A program made the position numbers and the translations under genes. DNA of 11,374 nt from Myxococcota bacterium. Its GTDB lineage: Bacteria > Myxococcota > JACRCW01. Of the stretch, positions 7,582-11,374 are shown in pieces. The notes below the pieces were generated by a model, which saw nothing but the letters and a program-made list of their open reading frames with translations, was not told where the DNA came from and searched no databases. The number at the start of each line of letters is the position of its first letter. Position 1 is the stretch's first letter. The stretch covers positions 1 through 11,374 of the forward strand of contig JBFMGU010000317.1 in the NCBI GenBank assembly GCA_040752415.1. The letters are read 5' to 3'.

Positions 7582-7734
7582 GACGCGTTGCGCCGCGTCC
7601 AAGCTCGTCGGAAGCGGCGGCCGAGGGAAAAAGTTGCGGTGTCAGGGCATCACCTCTGATGACCCCGCGCATCACAGGTTCGGATTTGCAGGTGGCAACC
7701 TGGCGCTGCTAGCCAGCATGGCATGGGAGGACGC

Positions 7735-8289
7735 ATGGTCCGACGGATGAGAGGGCTCCTGCTGATGGGATTGACGACGTCATGTCTGACCACCTCCACG
7801 CCTCCGCCCACGCCACCGCCCACGCCCGCGGCGGACGCGGGGCCGTTCACGCCGGATGACTGCAAGCGCTCCCCCGACGAGGCCACCAGCGTCACCGTGG
7901 GCAGCGGCGCCGGGGTGTACATGGACATCGAGGACAACACGGTGATGACCTGGGAGAAGGGCCCGCAGGGCGGTCATCACATCTGGGTGGGCGTGCGCAT
8001 GAAGGGGCTGCGCCAGTCGGGCACCATTACCGAGCTCACCGTCACCGACCTGGAGAACCCGGCGCAGCAGGTCATCCTCACCCGACGTCGCGTGCCCTTC
8101 ACCTATGACCGCGACGAAGGCGGCTACTGCGTGCTCAAGAACCTGCGTGTGCAGCTGGACGAGGACGTGGACATCCAGACGCTGCAGGGCCACCACGTCC
8201 TCATCCAGGTGACGCTCACCGACCCTGACGACTCCACCGCTGAGGCCCAGCGCTTCGTGCAGGTGCAGGGACCGGTGGACAACGGCTGA
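7735..8289 (+). CDS. Hypothetical lipoprotein with GPQGGHHIW motif (184 aa from ATG 7735)
   Basis: GGAGG at 7726-7730; MVRRMRGLLLMGLTTS-C lipoprotein-like signal; Pro/Thr linker; beta-rich mature domain; GC3-rich codons. Alternative starts are 7723 and 7747. Confidence 0.78.
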   Translation: MVRRMRGLLLMGLTTSCLTTSTPPPTPPPTPAADAGPFTPDDCKRSPDEATSVTVGSGAGVYMDIEDNTVMTWEKGPQGGHHIWVGVRMKGLRQSGTITELTVTDLENPAQQVILTRRRVPFTYDRDEGGYCVLKNLRVQLDEDVDIQTLQGHHVLIQVTLTDPDDSTAEAQRFVQVQGPVDNG

Positions 8290-9525
8290 TCACCGTCGAC
8301 GACGTTTCTCCTTCCACGGCGCCTTGTCGTAGCCCTTGACGTTGAGGAGCGGGAGCAGGCGACGCACCGGGTCCACCAGGTCCGCCTGCTGCTGCATGAC
8401 GCGGGTGATGTCCTTGTAGGCCTGCGGAGCCTCGTCGCGCAGCTCCTTGCACGTCTCACAGACGATGCCCTTCATGGCGTCCTCGAACTCCCGCTGCGAG
8501 ATGGTGTTCATGGACTCCGTCCGACTGCGCAGCCGTCCCGCGCCGTGACTGCAGCTCTGCCAGCTGTGCGGGTTGCCCTTCCCCACCGTGATGAACGAGC
8601 CGGTGCCCATGGAGCCGGGGATGATGCCGTGCTGCCCCTCGCGCGCGCTGGTGGCGCCCTTGCGGGTGACCCACAGGCGCATGGTCACGTCCTTGCCGGT
8701 GGCCGGCTCAGTGAAGGTGCACTTCTCGTGATTGCAGTAGTTGTGGTGGATGTTGATGGCCTTGCTCTCGTCGGGAGCATGGCCGGTGACCCGGCGCACC
8801 ACGCGTCCCACCGCCATCAGCATGAGGTGCCGGTTGGCGGCCGCGTAGCGCTGGCACCAGTTCATGTCGCGCAGGTAGTCCTGGCCCTCGTCGCTTTCGA
8901 TGAGCAGGTGGTTGAGGTCCGCGTTGGGCGCCGCCACGTTGCGCTTCTTCATCTGCTGACGTGCCAGCTCGTTGTAGTGCTCCGCGGTCACCTTGCCGAT
9001 GTTGCGACTGCCGGAGTGCAGCATGACCCACACCGCGTCGTCATCGTCGTACACCAGCTCGATGAAGTGGTTGCCACCGCCAAGCGTCCCCAGCGAGCAC
9101 GCCACGCGCTGGTTGAGCTGGCCGGAGAGCCACCGGGTGCGGTCGGCGTCGTCGAGGATCTCCGCTTCCACGGGCTTGTCATGCACGGCCATCCCGGTGG
9201 GTACGCGCTCCTTGATGAGCCGGTGGATTTCCCACAGCGCGTCCTCGGAAAGCTCCGCGCGCTTCAGCTCGGGGACGGGCACCGCCGCCATGCCGCAGCC
9301 GATGTCAACGCCCACGGCATTGGGACAGACCGCGTGCCCGGAGGCGAACACCGACCCCACCGTGGCACCCTTGCCAAAGTGCACGTCGGGCATGGCCGCC
9401 ACAAAGCCCACCACGATGCCGCTCTCCGCCAGGTCCACCAGCTGGCGACGAGCGCCAGGCTCGAGCTCGTCGGCGTAGACGTGGACGGGAACGCCGCGGG
9501 TGCGGATGATTTCTGCAATGGGCAT
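8290..9525 (-). CDS. rtcB: RtcB 3'-phosphate/5'-OH RNA ligase, 411 aa
   Basis: All hallmark motifs are present: MPDVHFGKGATVGSV, VGVDIGCGM, GTLGGGNHFIE, LHSGSRNIG, HHNY, TRKGA, IIPGSMG, SCSHGAGR (guanylylated His), DEAPQAYKDI, C-terminal VKG. Confidence 0.97.
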   Translation of the reverse strand: MPIAEIIRTRGVPVHVYADELEPGARRQLVDLAESGIVVGFVAAMPDVHFGKGATVGSVFASGHAVCPNAVGVDIGCGMAAVPVPELKRAELSEDALWEIHRLIKERVPTGMAVHDKPVEAEILDDADRTRWLSGQLNQRVACSLGTLGGGNHFIELVYDDDDAVWVMLHSGSRNIGKVTAEHYNELARQQMKKRNVAAPNADLNHLLIESDEGQDYLRDMNWCQRYAAANRHLMLMAVGRVVRRVTGHAPDESKAINIHHNYCNHEKCTFTEPATGKDVTMRLWVTRKGATSAREGQHGIIPGSMGTGSFITVGKGNPHSWQSCSHGAGRLRSRTESMNTISQREFEDAMKGIVCETCKELRDEAPQAYKDITRVMQQQADLVDPVRRLLPLLNVKGYDKAPWKEKRRRR

Positions 9526-9618
9526 GGTGGGACCACCTGGGCGCCTGATGATGTCGTCCGCCGCGGGACGGGATCAAGGGCATTTCCAGGCGGTGCGCCG
9601 TCGGTGTAGTCAACGTGC

Positions 9619-10140
9619 ATGCCCTCGGTGTCGGTGATCATCCCGGTCTACAACAGCGAGCAGTCCCTCCCGCCGCTGGTGGACCGCCTGGCGCCGGTGC
9701 TCGCCGCGGTGGCGCCGGACGGGCATGAGCTCATCCTGGTGAACGACGCCAGCGTCGACGGGAGCTGGAACGTCATCACCGAGCTGGCGGCGCGCCACGG
9801 CTGGATTCGCGGGCCGTGCCTGATGCGCAACTATGGCCAGCACAACGCGCTGCTGTGCGGCATCCGGGAGGCGCGCGGCGAGATCATCGTCACCATGGAC
9901 GACGACCTGCAGCACCCGCCAGAGGAGATTCCCAAGCTGCTGGCCCGGCTGGATGCGGACACCGACGTTGTCTACGGCACCGCGGAGCACGGCACGCACG
10001 GGTTCATGCGCAACCTGGGCTCACGCCTCACCAAGCACCGCAGGCATCCCTGGGCGTGGCGGTGGCGCGCAGTGTCTCGGCGTCCCGGTGTTTCCGGGCG
10101 TCGTTGCGGGCAGCGGTCGAGAGCGATGCCAGTCCCCATG
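9619..10140 (+). pseudogene. Decayed ArnC/DPM-synthase-like GT2 glycosyltransferase (N-terminal part only)
   Basis: SVIIPVYN, ILVNDASVDGSW, LMRNYGQHNALLCGI, TMDDDLQHPPEEIP and DVVYG are intact. Frameshift near 10035; family-like sequence resumes in another frame (QASLGVAVARSVSASRCFRASLR) to about 10140 and then stops. The C-terminal TM region is absent. Confidence 0.8.
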
Positions 10141-10269
10141 ACCGCATGGGGTCCGCGCCCGGCCGCCCGTCGCCGCCCTCCCAACGCCTTTGGGACCAGG
10201 GGATGCTGTTGCGACGACGTCACCAACTCCGGATGAGCAGTACTGCCCAGCGGGCCGGGGGCCCTTTCC

Positions 10270-10316
10270 GGCTCATGTCACGATGATCAGGACATCACGA
10301 TTATCACGACATAGCC
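10270..10316. repeat. Lower-GC imperfect inverted repeat built from four TCA(C/G)GA direct repeats
   Basis: TCACGA 10278, TCAGGA 10287, TCACGA 10295, TCACGA 10304. Arms ATGTCACGATGATC (10275-10288) and GATTATCACGACAT (10299-10312) match 11/14, extended by GGCT/AGCC. 24/50 GC in 10271-10320. Confidence 0.6.
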
Positions 10317-10344
10317 CTGAGTGAGGGTGGGACCCTCGTGGCGG

Positions 10345-10550
10345 GACCAGTGCGTCCATCAAGAGCGCCCCCACGCGTGCACCACGTTGAGCAGCTGCGC
10401 CGGCGTCCGCAGGATGAGCAAGTCCGCGCGCTCGCGACGCCCTTCCGCCAGCGCCTGCTCCACGCGCGGCACGGTGTCGACGACGCCGCGGTAGATCCGC
10501 AGGTTGAAGCGACGGCTGTCCAGGGAGGAATGGGCCAGGACCTCGGTCAT
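10345..10550 (-). pseudogene. N-terminal remnant of a WecD/RffC-like GNAT acetyltransferase
   Basis: MTEVLAHSSLDSRRFNLRIYRG...RERADLLILRTPAQLLNVVHA, then after a frameshift near 10370 GALLMDALV. This matches my recollection of the 'S.LDS.RF...D..I.R...G..LMDTLVYY' N-terminus of sugar-acetylating GNATs. No acetyl-CoA-binding core remains. Confidence 0.55.
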
Positions 10551-10594
10551 GCGAGGCTGTGGCTAACACGACCGTCGCACGCAGTCATGGGACC

Positions 10595-10609
10595 GCCGCG
10601 CGTGTGCCA
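10595..10609 (-). promoter_or_regulatory. Weak sigma54-like promoter upstream of the GNAT remnant
   Basis: Minus strand TGGCACACGCGCGGC = GG-N10-GC with a perfect TGGCAC -24 but a poor -12 (CGGC). Confidence 0.3.
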
Positions 10610-10616
10610 GGAGAGC

Positions 10617-11168
10617 TCAATTGATCTTGATGAGCTCGACGTCAAAGATCAGCGTGGCCTTGGGCGGGATCTTGGGCGGACGGCCCGCCTCGCCGTACGC
10701 GAGCTGGTAGGGAATCCAGAAGCGCCGCTTCTCACCCACGCTCATCAACCCCACGCCCTCGGTCCAACCTGCAATGCCGCGGTTGAGCGGGAAGGTGGCG
10801 GGCTGACCGCGCGTCACCGAGCTGTCGAAGAGCGTGCCGTCCTCGAGCCAGCCGCTGTAGTGCACCGTGACGCGGTCGGTGGGCTGGGGCCGCGGACCGG
10901 AAGCCGCGGGCGGCGTCAACACGCGGTACTTCAGCCCCGACGGAGTGGTCTCCACGCCCTGCGGATCCTTGAGGTCCGTGGGCGTCTCCGGCGCACCCGG
11001 CTTGGGCGCGGCCGGCGCGGCAGCGGTGGGCGCCGCAGCGGTGGGCGGCGCAGCGGCGGGCTGGCTGGCCGGTGCCGCGGCAGTGGTGGTGGGCTGCGCG
11101 CCTTCCTCCTTCTTGCAGGCGGGAGCGAGCAACATCAGGGATGCCAGGCAGATGACAGGAGTCTTCAT
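10617..11168 (-). CDS. FKBP-type peptidyl-prolyl cis-trans isomerase lipoprotein (Mip/FkpA-like catalytic domain), 183 aa
   Basis: GAGG before ATG 11168; MKTPVICLASLMLLAPA-CKK lipoprotein signal; Ala/Pro linker; TTPSGLKY, VTVHYSGWLEDGTLFDSS, IAGWTEGV, IPYQLAYGE, IPPKATLIFDVELI. Confidence 0.95.
   Translation of the reverse strand: MKTPVICLASLMLLAPACKKEEGAQPTTTAAAPASQPAAAPPTAAAPTAAAPAAPKPGAPETPTDLKDPQGVETTPSGLKYRVLTPPAASGPRPQPTDRVTVHYSGWLEDGTLFDSSVTRGQPATFPLNRGIAGWTEGVGLMSVGEKRRFWIPYQLAYGEAGRPPKIPPKATLIFDVELIKIN
11020..11061 (-). repeat. Three 15-nt-period repeats encoding the PTAAA linker of the FKBP
   Basis: gcagcggtgggc at 11020 and 11035, gcagcggcgggc at 11050. Confidence 0.7.
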
Positions 11169-11374
11169 GGCGCCTCGTGCAGGGAAAGGTGGGAACACGG
11201 CCTCTATCACCCGGATCCCAGGCAGAGGCAACCGCGACGCGTTGGATTAGGCCCAAAAGAAGCGCGTTGGGAGCGCTTGAGGCAGGGCTGGCTGGTCAAG
11301 GGTCAATCCGTGGCGTTCAGCACACGAAGGCCATGTCCGTGCGCGGTGTGACGCGGCGCGGCTCATGTCCGAAC

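Noticed and set aside
1301..9525. RlmK + RtcB as a joint RNA repair/modification system
   Set aside because: They are 6 kb apart, separated by unrelated genes in different transcription units; nothing in the sequence links them.
4137..9583. AGGGCAT recurring in three intergenic regions (4137, 7644, 9577)
   Set aside because: The same 7-mer also occurs inside coding sequence (e.g. 1945, and reverse complement near 8465 and 9619); not distinguishable from chance.
10036..10236. C-terminus of the 205-aa GT2 ORF as real protein
   Set aside because: Post-frameshift nonsense (HRRHPWAWRWR...); family similarity lies in another frame.
10270..10316. CRISPR or iteron array
   Set aside because: Units are 6 nt with 2-3 nt gaps; no spacers, cas genes or rep gene.
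11230..11374. Possible gene end or RNA gene at the right edge
   Set aside because: No recognisable motif, tRNA fold or convincing frame in the available sequence.

Overview
GC-rich bacterial chromosomal window (roughly 68-70% GC by eye). It is most likely Myxococcota, inferred from a DUF2330 protein with a C-terminal anchor, several Cys-lipidated lipoproteins and sigma54-type promoters. Left to right: a frameshifted, edge-truncated glycine-rich-domain gene (-); a hypothetical lipoprotein (+); a stand-alone RlmK-type 23S rRNA methyltransferase translationally coupled behind a DUF4097 lipoprotein (-); a 2-TM/RCK (TrkA-type) channel lacking the K+ filter motif, followed by a signal-less CHAP peptidoglycan hydrolase (+); a secreted Pro/Trp-rich helical protein and a DUF2330 protein behind a sigma54-like promoter (-); a divergent lipoprotein (+); an intact RtcB RNA ligase with no rtcA/rtcR in the window (-); two convergent decayed fragments (ArnC-like GT2 and GNAT N-terminus) flanking a repeat/hairpin-rich filler; and an FKBP-type PPIase lipoprotein (-). 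I found no RNA genes, CRISPR arrays or transposases, and cannot support a coherent new multi-gene system. The best leads are the filter-less channel plus CHAP hydrolase pair, the atypical orphan RtcB, and the GT2/GNAT deletion scar. Family assignments come from motif recognition by eye, not database searches.
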